In this document: piece by piece, positions 19,315-29,226 of the stretch | Numbering within the stretch: position 1 is the stretch's first letter | Layout: every line of letters begins with the position of its first letter | Assembly (NCBI GenBank): GCA_037129555.1 | Contig: JBAXUS010000003.1 | Location: 3,786-67,785 of the forward strand | DNA length: 64,000 nt | Direction: 5' to 3' | Origin: Planctomycetota bacterium | GTDB taxonomy: Bacteria; Planctomycetota; SZUA-567; H5-PLA8 | The notes under the pieces: generated by a model | Databases searched by the model: none | What the model was told of the DNA's origin: nothing | Seen by the model: the letters and a program-made list of their open reading frames with translations, nothing else | Made by a program: the position numbers and the translations under genes

Positions 19315-20442
19315 ATGTCCGTCGGCCCTCGACATTCGATGATTCACGCGGCTCGACCGGTACGACATGACATCGCCCCGGGGCGCGGTGTCACGCTGCT
19401 TGAAATGATCGTCGTCATCGGCTTGATCACGCTGCTGCTCGGAATGGGCGTTGGCTCGTACATTGCGATGTCGAAGAGTTACAAAGAAGAAGGTGCGGCG
19501 TCGCAGATTGATGTGATTCTGCGGCAGGTCCGGAATTCAGCGATTGGATCGCAATCGCCTGCGTGGGTCGAGATTAATACGGAGACTCGTCGCATCACGC
19601 CGTGGGCGTCGCGGACTGTTGCGCTGTGGCATTTTGAAGATTGCGACGATTTCAATCACACCACCGGCTCCCGGCATAATGCTGTGTTGCGCGGCGCCAA
19701 GCATGATCGCAACGGCAAGATCGGAAAGTGTGCGCGACTGGCTCCCGGAAATTATGTGGATGGCGGCAACGATCCGGATTTTGATCTTGAAGACGGTGGC
19801 TACATCGAAGCCTATATACGTCCGCTCTCGGGCGATTTCACTGGCGATAATTTCATCTTCTCCAAAGACGGCGCGTTCTCGTTAAAGATCGGCAAGAAGG
19901 GTGTGCTGATCGGTGAGATTTCTGGCGACGGAAAACGACCGCTGACGAAAGTGTTCAGCAAGACATATAGAATTGCGCCGGGGCGCTGGACGAAAGTGGC
20001 GTTTGCGTGGGACCGGAATGTGACGCGCGTCATGGCTGATGATTTGGTGCTCGCGACCGGTCCGGGCGCGACGCCGCCGGTCAATTCGAACTCGTTTATT
20101 GTGGGCAGCGAATCGTCGAGTTTTGAAGGGTTGGTCGATGAAGTGCGCGTCCAAGCGGCCATTGCTGGGAACAAACTGGAAGTCAATCCAACCGTGACGA
20201 TCACGCATAACACGGCCCCGTGGAACGCCATTTATTTTGGGAGCGACGGTGCGCTGGATATGCGGTTCCACGGCGGTCCGGTCCGTATCACGCTTGAAAG
20301 CGAAGGGCGTATTCGGGGCGTTGCAGTCGATATGTTTGGCACACCGACACGACTTGAATTGAAGAAAAAAGGTGAGGTGGACGAGTCTGAATCAACTCCT
20401 GAACCTGAGCCGAAACCGAAAGCGAAGGCGGTGAAACCATGA
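19315..20442 (+). CDS. GspH/FimT-like minor pilin with inserted LamG domain
   Basis: G|VTLLEMIVVI; ILRQVRNSAI; LamG motifs ALWHFE, IEAYIRP, WTKVAFAWD, FEGLVDEVRV; GspH-like end IYFGSDG…VAVDMFG. Confidence 0.8.
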   Translation: MSVGPRHSMIHAARPVRHDIAPGRGVTLLEMIVVIGLITLLLGMGVGSYIAMSKSYKEEGAASQIDVILRQVRNSAIGSQSPAWVEINTETRRITPWASRTVALWHFEDCDDFNHTTGSRHNAVLRGAKHDRNGKIGKCARLAPGNYVDGGNDPDFDLEDGGYIEAYIRPLSGDFTGDNFIFSKDGAFSLKIGKKGVLIGEISGDGKRPLTKVFSKTYRIAPGRWTKVAFAWDRNVTRVMADDLVLATGPGATPPVNSNSFIVGSESSSFEGLVDEVRVQAAIAGNKLEVNPTVTITHNTAPWNAIYFGSDGALDMRFHGGPVRITLESEGRIRGVAVDMFGTPTRLELKKKGEVDESESTPEPEPKPKAKAVKP

Positions 20443-23400
20443 TGCGCGAAATCCGATATGTGCGTCCGCGCGGTGTGGCCATTTTGATGGTCATCGCGGT
20501 GCTGGCTGCGCTGCTGGCCATTGTGACGCCGTTTGTGTTTTCGATGCTGCAGCACGGTAAATCAGCGCGCAACGACGCCAGCCAACAGATCGCCCGAGAA
20601 GGCTCGGAAGCCTCGATTCAACACGCGCTCGCCGACCGGCAGCGCAAGGACCTCGCGTTTTTTGGGACGCACAACGCTTCTGAACTCAACGTGGATCTTC
20701 CGCCTGAAGTCACGACGCCGAAAGACTTGCTCGTTGACATGGGCATCACGATTTCGGACGACATGATTTCGAAGTACAAACTCGATACGAATTTTCAGAA
20801 TCCGCGCGGGATGATGTGGTCGGCGAAGATGGAGGACGAGCAGGGCAAGATTAATGTGAACTCGGCTCCGCCTGCTTTGATCGGGAATTTGCTTGCGTCG
20901 GCGCTGTTGACCGAGAGCGTGCAAAAAGGCGAGACGTCGCTTTCGGTGGATGATGCCAGCGAATTCAATCCGACCGGTGGCATCATTTGCATGAATGGCG
21001 AGCGCGCGCCACTGCATTATTCGAGCGCCAGCCGGGGCAGTATTCAGCTGGATCAAGCACTCGAATTTTCGCATGGCGTTGGGACGCTGATTTTTGATGG
21101 ACGAGGGCGCTTGATCAGCAATGGTACGATGCCCAGTGGCCCGGCGTTCGCGCCATACCGATCGAATTTTGAAATCAAGACAGCTCCAGGATTGACGGCT
21201 GAAAACGCGTTGCCCCCGGAGGATTTTGCGCGGATCGAACGGCATATCACGGTCGAAAACGGGATGGGCAATCCGACGTGGGGACACGGCGAGCGGATCG
21301 GCGACGCGAGTCTGTCGGGCGACATGTCCGGCGTGGGATTGAAGAACGGCCAGGGCTACAGTCCCGGCACGCTCGTCCGCATCGTGACCAACGGTAACGC
21401 GACGGGTTTTGGCCGCGTCCTCTCCATTAAAATGAAAGAGGACGGCAGCGCGAATGTTGAATTCGAGCAACCGATTGGCGGCGGTGGCGACGAAACGACT
21501 GTCGGCGGGACGTATGTTGAACCGCAGATGAAACATCCGGTGAACATTAATACGGCATCGGACGAAGTGCTGGCGGCGGTGTTCACCGGCGTCTGCGCGC
21601 GGGGCAGCAAGACGGCGGTGCCGAAGAGTATCGCCATCGCGCTGGTTGATTATTTGCGCGGGCGGACGCCGGGACTGGGGACGGGCGGACGGCGTGTGTT
21701 TACGACGGCGGAGGATATTCGCAAAGCGATTTACCGCGCGTTTGAGGCCGGGATTATTACGCTGCCGATGCGCGACGCGCTGGCGATCAACGCGACGGAG
21801 CCGAACAGTTCGCGGTTGAGTTTGTGCACGGTTCCGTTCATTTGTCATTCGCACGGCAGCTACACGATTGAAGGGTCAGGCGTGGCGAATGCGGACACGG
21901 GGATGCAGTTGGCGCGGCACACGGTCCGGGAATTGGTCACGGTTCCGACGCCGTTGCCGGGGCGATACCGCATCAATTGGCAGGCTGGATTCCAGACGCT
22001 GATCGATCAAGGTATGTCGTCCCGAGTCGCCACGTTTCCGGAAGTGTTGGGCACTCATCGTTTCCGGAAGGGCGCTCCGCTAGACCGCTTTCCGCGTGTG
22101 GATACCGGGAATGTGCGGTTGACTGTGGGTGAAAGCGGCTCGCTCAAGGGGCGCTCCAGTGTCACCGACGAATATCTCAATCATTGCGACGATGAAACGG
22201 ATTCACGCTTCAAGCAAGAAGGTTATGACATCAGTAAAGGTTCGGCGTTCGTGCTGGATCCGGTGCAGGCCACCGGTGCGCGCGGAAATGGTTTTCGCGG
22301 AGTCGCGACGCCGGCCACGTCGTGCGAATTGTGGTTCCGTCCGAAAGGTGGCGGGCAGTGCACGTTCTATGATGAAGGCTTGGCGGACGACCGTAACCGC
22401 GTCAATTTTTCGTACGATCCCAGCGAAGGCGGGCTTGTGATCCGCATTTGGGATTCGACGTTGCCGAGCGATAAATTCAAACACGTGGTCGAATTCGTTT
22501 ATCCGATCACGTTGAATTCGGGCGACTGGTACCACGTCGCCGGATCGTGGAAGACGAGTCATCCGGGCGGGCAGGAAATCCGCGTCGATGCGCAGCCGTT
22601 TCCGCAAAACAATCCGAAGTTGCTGCAATTCAAACCGGGTGGCCGGCTTGGTGATGATCTGGGATTGACGAGCGATCCGAGCGACACGATTTCGTTATCC
22701 GATGGTGACGGAAAAGATTTTCCGAAGGCTGGGGCGTTGAAGATCGGTGAAGAAATTATTGAGTATACGTCGAACAGCGGCGGGTCGTTCTCGGGGTTGT
22801 ACCGTGGCGCGCGCATGAGTGCGGTGATTAAACACAAAGCGGGCGAATGGGTCGTGCCGTTTGGTTTCGTCAACAATACGTCCCAGGATTTGGTTGTTGG
22901 AAATGCGAAACTGGTTGAGGATTTTCCATCCGTCGGCAAGACACACACAAAAGTTCAATTCGCTCCGAACGCGAAGCCGAATTTTGTTTTGGATACGGCA
23001 GTGGATAAAATCCCGGTTGAAGACGCGAGCGATTTTCCGCCATCGGGATTTGTGACGTGCGCGGGTGAGTGTATTTTTTACGGATCAAAAAAGAAGGGTG
23101 CGAATGGCACGTGGGAATTGAATAAATTGCAACGCGCTGAGAGTAGCGCAGGCCAAACCGCGCCTGCGCGCAATCTGCACAACGGCCAAGGTATTTCGCT
23201 GTGCAGCGTCGCGATTTCGAACAGCAACGACTATGACATTCCCGGCATCATCCAGCTTGATGACGAAAACAATCCGAAGAAAGTTGAATGGGTGTATTAC
23301 GCGGACAAGCGCGACATGAATGGAAAGCATTTTTTGGTCGCTCAATTGGCGCATGGCACACCCGGCACGATTCAAAATGGGAATCCTGAAATTCCGAAAA

Positions 23401-25100
23401 CCAACCAGCCCAATGTCCACATTTATCAATTTCGACACGTCTTCGGCATCGGGGATTATTTGTATTTAGGCGTGGCGAAAGGTACGACCAGTTCACACGC
23501 CAAATCGGCGAAAGTGATTCCGGTCATTCGCATGAGCGCGGCGCATTGTGGCGGCTGGGATCCTTCTGCTGTCGGTGATCCCAACGCGGTCCCTGTGGCG
23601 GGTTCCAATCCCGCAGCTGCTGCGAATACCGATATAAAACTGATTCATGATTCTCCCTATGGAGCGGACGGTGTCAGCGAAGTTTCGATTGTCGAGCAAG
23701 GCAAACAGGATGGCGATTTGCGCTGGGTCAAGCAAGCGTATATGCATCAGTATTCGAACTCAAACGGTCAGCCGTGCCCGCAATTGCGATTCACAGGTTG
23801 GAGTTTTGATTTTTACGTCGGCTTGAACGATTTTGTCTCGCGGCGTTATCCGTCCAACACGACGCGCTTTTTGCGTTGGCCGACGGGCGAATTGCCGGAT
23901 GCGGTCAACGCCAAACGCAATGTGTGTCAGGACCGGAATGGTGACGGTAAAGTCAACGGGGATGTGGACGAAATTCGCGTGAACACGTTCAACTCGATTG
24001 GCGGACGCATCGCGATGACGTTGGAAGCTGAACCGCTTGATGCCAGTGCGACTGAAATTCTGGTTGAAAACTACGACGCGTGGGCTGCGCCGGGTGCGCG
24101 TGGGCAAAATGTTGGAGGCGGCGGACAATCGAATCCGTTGAACTGGCCGACCAATGGAAGCTTGGCGCGCATTGAAGATGAGTTGATTTACTTCACGACC
24201 GTGAGTTCCGCGCAACTGACGTATTACGCGGACACCTATCCGCCTTTGAAGGACAAGCCGCCGGAGAGAAATAAAGCTGACCGACGCTGGATCAATCCCT
24301 GCACGACCGTTCACGAACTGCATCCGAACATCGTCACGAAAACGGTCTCGAAATTGACCAACGTAAAACGCGGTGTTTTGAATACGAAAGCGAGCGAGCA
24401 TCCTGTCGGCGCACAGATCATGGTGCTCGATGCGATGGCGGTGAGCCATTTGTCCGGATCATACGGCGCGATGGCGGACTCGTTTAGCGTCGCGGATGCT
24501 CACGGATTTCCGAAAGAAGGATACGCGTTGATTAATGATGAAGTCGTGTCGTGGAAAAAGATGAACGGGACGTCGTTCACCGGTACGCAATATTTCCGGG
24601 GGCGGTTTGGGACGTCGGCGAGTGATCATGAGAAGGATGATATTGTGCGCTGCCTGCCGTTCCGGTATTGGGATCGGAATGCGTCGGGGTACGATGGGGA
24701 TGGATTGGCGTTTATTCAATCCGGGTATCGCGCTGCGAGTGGGAAATGGTTTGGCTACGAATTGAATTTGATGGGCACGGAGGAGTTGCCGCAGGTTCCA
24801 AACGGGGTCAGTCCGCATGTGCTGGTGCGTTTTGATGGTAAGCCGGGATGGGACGCGGATGTCACGAATCGCGAGGGCGGGTTGTTTGAATTCACGGGCA
24901 AACGCGTGATGCGATTCTCGGGGACTCAGGGCATCAAAGCGGATCAGATGGAAGTGCGCGTGATGTGGAAGTACATGCCCAGCGCGTTTAATAAGGGCAA
25001 TGGAATGGATTGGAAACGCACGTTCTCGATTGAAAAAATGCGCGCGCGGTATGAGTCGCCGTTGATCATGCGGCGGTTGGATGAGGTGGAGAAACGGTGA
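20439..25100 (+). CDS. Giant GspK/PilX-like minor pilin with split LamG domain and repeated phage-virion-like modules
   Basis: G|VAILMVIAVL (no Glu5, as in GspK/PilX); DEQGKINVN and VNINTASDEVL GspK motifs; ATGA overlap with the upstream gene. Confidence 0.8.
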   Translation: MMREIRYVRPRGVAILMVIAVLAALLAIVTPFVFSMLQHGKSARNDASQQIAREGSEASIQHALADRQRKDLAFFGTHNASELNVDLPPEVTTPKDLLVDMGITISDDMISKYKLDTNFQNPRGMMWSAKMEDEQGKINVNSAPPALIGNLLASALLTESVQKGETSLSVDDASEFNPTGGIICMNGERAPLHYSSASRGSIQLDQALEFSHGVGTLIFDGRGRLISNGTMPSGPAFAPYRSNFEIKTAPGLTAENALPPEDFARIERHITVENGMGNPTWGHGERIGDASLSGDMSGVGLKNGQGYSPGTLVRIVTNGNATGFGRVLSIKMKEDGSANVEFEQPIGGGGDETTVGGTYVEPQMKHPVNINTASDEVLAAVFTGVCARGSKTAVPKSIAIALVDYLRGRTPGLGTGGRRVFTTAEDIRKAIYRAFEAGIITLPMRDALAINATEPNSSRLSLCTVPFICHSHGSYTIEGSGVANADTGMQLARHTVRELVTVPTPLPGRYRINWQAGFQTLIDQGMSSRVATFPEVLGTHRFRKGAPLDRFPRVDTGNVRLTVGESGSLKGRSSVTDEYLNHCDDETDSRFKQEGYDISKGSAFVLDPVQATGARGNGFRGVATPATSCELWFRPKGGGQCTFYDEGLADDRNRVNFSYDPSEGGLVIRIWDSTLPSDKFKHVVEFVYPITLNSGDWYHVAGSWKTSHPGGQEIRVDAQPFPQNNPKLLQFKPGGRLGDDLGLTSDPSDTISLSDGDGKDFPKAGALKIGEEIIEYTSNSGGSFSGLYRGARMSAVIKHKAGEWVVPFGFVNNTSQDLVVGNAKLVEDFPSVGKTHTKVQFAPNAKPNFVLDTAVDKIPVEDASDFPPSGFVTCAGECIFYGSKKKGANGTWELNKLQRAESSAGQTAPARNLHNGQGISLCSVAISNSNDYDIPGIIQLDDENNPKKVEWVYYADKRDMNGKHFLVAQLAHGTPGTIQNGNPEIPKTNQPNVHIYQFRHVFGIGDYLYLGVAKGTTSSHAKSAKVIPVIRMSAAHCGGWDPSAVGDPNAVPVAGSNPAAAANTDIKLIHDSPYGADGVSEVSIVEQGKQDGDLRWVKQAYMHQYSNSNGQPCPQLRFTGWSFDFYVGLNDFVSRRYPSNTTRFLRWPTGELPDAVNAKRNVCQDRNGDGKVNGDVDEIRVNTFNSIGGRIAMTLEAEPLDASATEILVENYDAWAAPGARGQNVGGGGQSNPLNWPTNGSLARIEDELIYFTTVSSAQLTYYADTYPPLKDKPPERNKADRRWINPCTTVHELHPNIVTKTVSKLTNVKRGVLNTKASEHPVGAQIMVLDAMAVSHLSGSYGAMADSFSVADAHGFPKEGYALINDEVVSWKKMNGTSFTGTQYFRGRFGTSASDHEKDDIVRCLPFRYWDRNASGYDGDGLAFIQSGYRAASGKWFGYELNLMGTEELPQVPNGVSPHVLVRFDGKPGWDADVTNREGGLFEFTGKRVMRFSGTQGIKADQMEVRVMWKYMPSAFNKGNGMDWKRTFSIEKMRARYESPLIMRRLDEVEKR

Positions 25101-25216
25101 GTGAGCATTTGTCTCTCGCAAAGGCGCAAAGACGCAAAGAAAAGCAAACGAGAGGGAGTGAAGAGGGATTGGATCCTACCTTGGGTGCACGATGTGAATG
25201 TGTGGGAATGGGAGTG

Positions 25217-25318
25217 TCGCCGCTGACGCGGCTAGGACGCTTCGGTCTCGGATCCGTGGCCTTGTTCGCTTCGCTCACTACGACCACGGCTACTTGAACT
25301 TGCCGCCACTCCGTGGCT
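25217..25318. repeat. Composite REP-like element (three hairpin units) in the gspK-gspJ gap
   Basis: CGCCGCTGACGCGGCT … CCGTGG…CCACGG … GCCACTCCGTGGC; architecture like the right arm of 14522-14719 and like 47815-47913. Confidence 0.55.
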
Positions 25319-25450
25319 TAGGATAGGAAAATGTGGTTCGAGACACTACAGGTAGTGGTTGGACGCATCGGGACGCCGTGCACATGTGCATGTTTGGGAA
25401 CGTGAATTCGATTTAGAGACTTGAAAGCAGACGCTTTGTTGATGCCGTTG

Positions 25451-26665
25451 ATGACCACTTACTCGTTGAAGCAACCGCGCAACGTCCGCACCGGGCTTTC
25501 GTTGATCGAAGTCGTGGTGTCGCTTGGCATTTTTGTGATGCTGGCGGCGTTCATGTTTTTGGCGGTGAAGGAAGTGGTGGGGTCGTGGAAAGTGAGTGAG
25601 CGGCGGCGGGCATTGTATGAAAAAGCAGCCGGCGTCGTGGATATTCTGGCTGACGATATTCGCGTTGCGGCGACGCTTGAACCGGTCGGCGCGACGGACG
25701 TGAAATGCAAGTTCATCAGCGATTTTACGGGCGATTCGGCGAATCCGAAGCAGCAGCGGCTGATGTTTGTTCGCACATTTGAAGCGGGGCCTGAACGCGC
25801 GATGGTTGGCAACGCGGGCGGCGGTCGAGCGAACAGCGCTGTCTTCCGTGCACCCGGCGACACCAGCGACCCGCAAAACGACGGGCCGATGGCTCCTGGC
25901 AACGCCAGCTACGACGGCTTGAAAACCGGAGATTTCAAAGCGCTCGGCGGCATGGCGATGATCGCTTATTTTGTGAAAGACAAGACTCTATATCGAGGGA
26001 TCAAGGCGCCGGTGGAAGGGCCGCTCACGGCGATCGCCACGCCCGGCGCGTCGCAGGCCATCGCTACGGACGTGCTGTATTTGGGTTTCGATTACTGGGG
26101 CCAGGACACGCAGGATTGGGACGATCCGCCTGCGCGTGATGTCACGAAGAACACGGGCCCGCACCGGATTTGGGATTCGACGCGCGGCATCACGGCGACG
26201 CCGTTGAACCACTTTTTTCTGCACCGCCCGGGTTCGCTCGACGATTCTGCCGACGATGTTTTTCCGCGTAAAGTCCGGGTGACGGTGGTCGTCGATTCGC
26301 CGATGCCGCGCTGCGTTCACACGAGGTTGCTGGATAATATTGGTGATGGCGATACGACGATTGACGTCGATGATGTGCGCGGATTTGCGGATGGCGACGA
26401 CGAGGATTCGTATCTGTTGATCGACGATGAGTGGATGCACTTTACGAAGCGGGAGGATGGGGTTTTTCATGTCGATAAACGCGGCGCCCGCAACACCCCT
26501 CCGCGCGAACACAAACGCGGCGCTACGGTTCGGACAGGCAAGGTCTTTCAACGCGTCGTTTTCATTCCAAACTGGCGCGAGGATTTTATGAGCGACGAGG
26601 ACTATCAAGCGAAAAAAGACGCTCAGACGATCCAGCCCAAACGTATTTTGAAGCCCGTGAAGTGA
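25451..26665 (+). CDS. GspJ/PilW-like minor pilin with one phage-virion-like module
   Basis: G|LSLIEVVVSL; ILADDIR; IAYFV…LYR; DVLYLGFDYW; FPRKVRVTV. ATG 25451 chosen over TTG 25421. Confidence 0.8.
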   Translation: MTTYSLKQPRNVRTGLSLIEVVVSLGIFVMLAAFMFLAVKEVVGSWKVSERRRALYEKAAGVVDILADDIRVAATLEPVGATDVKCKFISDFTGDSANPKQQRLMFVRTFEAGPERAMVGNAGGGRANSAVFRAPGDTSDPQNDGPMAPGNASYDGLKTGDFKALGGMAMIAYFVKDKTLYRGIKAPVEGPLTAIATPGASQAIATDVLYLGFDYWGQDTQDWDDPPARDVTKNTGPHRIWDSTRGITATPLNHFFLHRPGSLDDSADDVFPRKVRVTVVVDSPMPRCVHTRLLDNIGDGDTTIDVDDVRGFADGDDEDSYLLIDDEWMHFTKREDGVFHVDKRGARNTPPREHKRGATVRTGKVFQRVVFIPNWREDFMSDEDYQAKKDAQTIQPKRILKPVK

Positions 26666-26688
26666 GCGAACCAGGAGCAACTGCTCGA

Positions 26689-27111
26689 ATGAAAGTGGTA
26701 ACGGCACGACCCGCGCGCGGCATGACGCTCATTGAGTTGCTGATTTCGATCGGCATTCTGATGGGCGGCATGGTTTGCATCTTTGCGTTTCTGCTCTCGG
26801 GAACGAGCAGCCACCGGCGCGCGATCAAGGAGACGGAGGCGACGATGATCGCGGCGTCGGCCATGGCCGATCTGCGTGGCGATTTCGCGGCGGGCACGAT
26901 TCCGCGCAGTGACGGGACGACGTATATGGAAGTGAAAAACAAACCGGGATACACGTTGAATCGGGTCATTCTGTGCGTCGATCCCATCAAAGCCGAGAAG
27001 CGCGAATTCTTTGTTCGCATCCGAGTGCGCTGGTCCGAAAAAGGCGACAATCAATTCATCGAATTCAGTTCGGTGATGTGCAGCGGTAAACCGAAAGTGC
27101 TTGAACCGTAA
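26689..27111 (+). CDS. GspI/PilV-like minor pilin
   Basis: G|MTLIELLISI; VRIRVRW C-terminal strand; SD AGGAG before ATG 26689 (alternative GTG 26662 overlaps the upstream stop). Confidence 0.8.
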   Translation: MKVVTARPARGMTLIELLISIGILMGGMVCIFAFLLSGTSSHRRAIKETEATMIAASAMADLRGDFAAGTIPRSDGTTYMEVKNKPGYTLNRVILCVDPIKAEKREFFVRIRVRWSEKGDNQFIEFSSVMCSGKPKVLEP

Positions 27112-27123
27112 ACGGTCGATTCG

Positions 27124-29226
27124 TTATTCCTGGGAGCGTAAGACGACGTTGTCCAACGCGCAGGCGCATTGGCGGGCGCGGAAGGTGATCGTGCCTTTTA
27201 GTTTGGCGATGCCGGGAATGGACAGCGTTCCGGCGGGCTTGCCGTCGAGTGACAACGCGACCGTGTCGCTGTCAATGGCGAGGTCCACACGGGCTTTGTC
27301 GCGCGTCCATTTGATCGCCGGGATTTTGGCGTTGGATTTGTCTTGAAGCGTGACCTCTGTCGCGTTGAAGGAGAGCACCACCGCTTGTTTTTCGCTGCCC
27401 AATTCGCAGATAAAAAACCATCCGGCCGAGGGTTTTCGGATTTCGAATTCAAAGCTGACGCGGGCGGTTTCGAGCGGGAATTCTCCGCCGATGCTCGTGG
27501 GCTTCAATGCTGTTTCGCCGCCGTCAGCGCTTTCCAAAACATACTTTCCGTCCTGGCTGAGCCAGCTGCCGGAGAGCGCTTCCCAGTCGAGTTGCTGCCG
27601 CCAGTTTTTGAAATCGTAGAGATGCAGATTTTTCGAATTCGTGAGCAGGCCGGCGAGCGTGGTGGCGAGAGGCGTGTCGCCCGGGCGTTTCAAGGCTGCC
27701 TGCGACGCTTTGCGCGCGTCGTCCTGCCGTCCCAGCACGCTCCAGAGGCAAGCGAGTTCGGCGTAGTGGTCGGACAATTCCAGCGGGTCGAGAAAACTGA
27801 TGATCTCTTTGGTGTCGAGATTTTTCAGGCTCACCGGCATTTCGATCTGGCCTTTTCCGACGCGCATTTGCGCTTGGAGACCGTTCACGCGTTGCAGCGA
27901 ACCGTCGATTTTTTTAGCGGCGTAGGACATCAGAATGAGCTCGCCGGTGGCGGCCCGCTTCGCGCGTTCGGATTCGACTTTTTCAAGGAAGCCCATCGTG
28001 ACGATCAGTTGAAATTGCAGCGTGTCGATGTCGCCGGCCCAGCGCGTTCCGGTCAATTCGCCCATGACGCTTTCGACGGCTGTGCGCGCTTGCGCCAGTT
28101 GCCCGCGCGCGACGGCGTCGAGCGCTTTAGCTTTCGCGGTGGCGGCGGCTTGAGCGGTGAGTTCGTCGATGCGTTCGAGCATCTCGCGCGCTTTTTTTCC
28201 ATACGGCCCGTTAAGGTCGTTCGAAATCAGGTTGGTGCAACGCTGCGCGACGAGGTGAAAATGGCGGGCGATCATGGCGGAGCGCGCTTGGTCGAGCGAG
28301 AGATCGAGCGCGGCGTTCGCGACTTTCGTGGTGTCGTCCAATTCGATTCGCGCGCGACGGACGCGGTCATCGTTTTCAAGACCTGCCGGGACGGACGCGA
28401 GGAACGATTGCAGCGCGGCTTTTGCTCCCAGCAAATTGCCTCCGCCCAGCGCACGGTCGCGCGCGGCTAGCGCGGATTTCAGTTGGTCGTCCAACGTGAC
28501 GCGCGGCGTTTCGGGTTTGGTTTCGACGGACTTGGGAGGCTCGGGCACTGGATCGCGTTTGGGCGGAACGGGATCGGCGATCACGACGCGCTCGGGTTCT
28601 TTTTGAGGCGCGGTGGCTTTTGCGACGGTCGGAGTTCGGGGCGCAGTGGGCGCAGGCGTCGGGGCGGGTTGAGCTTGCCAGATGATAATCCCGGCCACAG
28701 TGGCGACGAGGCCAATCAGCACCACGACCGATACGGTCGATTCAGTCCCAACAGGCATCGACTTTCGAGCGGGCCGGACGATTTTGGCAGGAGGCGTGTT
28801 CGGACGAATCGCGGCTGCGACGGCGGCGGGCGACACGTTTTTGGTCGGAGTTTCCGGAAGAAAATCGTCCGGTATGATTGCGTGGACGTCGCTGGAAACA
28901 GCAGTGAGCAAAACCTTCGTTTGCTTCAATTTTTCGGGCGAATCGTTTTCGCAATAAATGATCGTGGTCGCGCCGATGGAGATGCGGTCGTTGTGTTTCA
29001 GGTCGTGCTTGGTGATCCGGTTGCCGTTGACGAAAACACCGTTGGCGCTGTTCAAATCTTCGACCGTGGCCTGCCCGCGCGCATACTGGACGGTGCAGTG
29101 CATGCGCGACGCTTTTTCTTCGGCGAGGTGGATCGAATTGTTGACGTGCCGTCCGATGGAATGGGTGCGTTCCAATTCATATTCGCGGACAGCCAGATTC
29201 GGGCCGATGACGATCAACGTGGGCAT
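27124..29226 (-). CDS. FHA-domain membrane protein with helical region and C-terminal ConA/DUF1080-like domain
   Basis: Intact FHA motifs IGR…ASRMH…DLNSANGVFVNG; TM helix, Pro-rich linker, ends ALDNVVLR. ATG 29226 chosen. Confidence 0.88.
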   Translation of the reverse strand: MPTLIVIGPNLAVREYELERTHSIGRHVNNSIHLAEEKASRMHCTVQYARGQATVEDLNSANGVFVNGNRITKHDLKHNDRISIGATTIIYCENDSPEKLKQTKVLLTAVSSDVHAIIPDDFLPETPTKNVSPAAVAAAIRPNTPPAKIVRPARKSMPVGTESTVSVVVLIGLVATVAGIIIWQAQPAPTPAPTAPRTPTVAKATAPQKEPERVVIADPVPPKRDPVPEPPKSVETKPETPRVTLDDQLKSALAARDRALGGGNLLGAKAALQSFLASVPAGLENDDRVRRARIELDDTTKVANAALDLSLDQARSAMIARHFHLVAQRCTNLISNDLNGPYGKKAREMLERIDELTAQAAATAKAKALDAVARGQLAQARTAVESVMGELTGTRWAGDIDTLQFQLIVTMGFLEKVESERAKRAATGELILMSYAAKKIDGSLQRVNGLQAQMRVGKGQIEMPVSLKNLDTKEIISFLDPLELSDHYAELACLWSVLGRQDDARKASQAALKRPGDTPLATTLAGLLTNSKNLHLYDFKNWRQQLDWEALSGSWLSQDGKYVLESADGGETALKPTSIGGEFPLETARVSFEFEIRKPSAGWFFICELGSEKQAVVLSFNATEVTLQDKSNAKIPAIKWTRDKARVDLAIDSDTVALSLDGKPAGTLSIPGIAKLKGTITFRARQCACALDNVVLRSQE

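Noticed and set aside
20562-21854. 430-aa minus-strand ORF (similarly 48110-49360 and 27343-28470)
   Set aside because: Fully antisense to well-supported genes; no recognisable motifs.
25066-25420. Short ORFs in the gspK-gspJ gap
   Set aside because: They translate REP-like sequence and have no prepilin signal or credible features.
20439-26665. Prophage, tailocin or contractile injection system reading of the phage-like repeats
   Set aside because: No sheath, tube, baseplate, terminase or integrase genes; the repeats sit inside proteins with class III prepilin signals.
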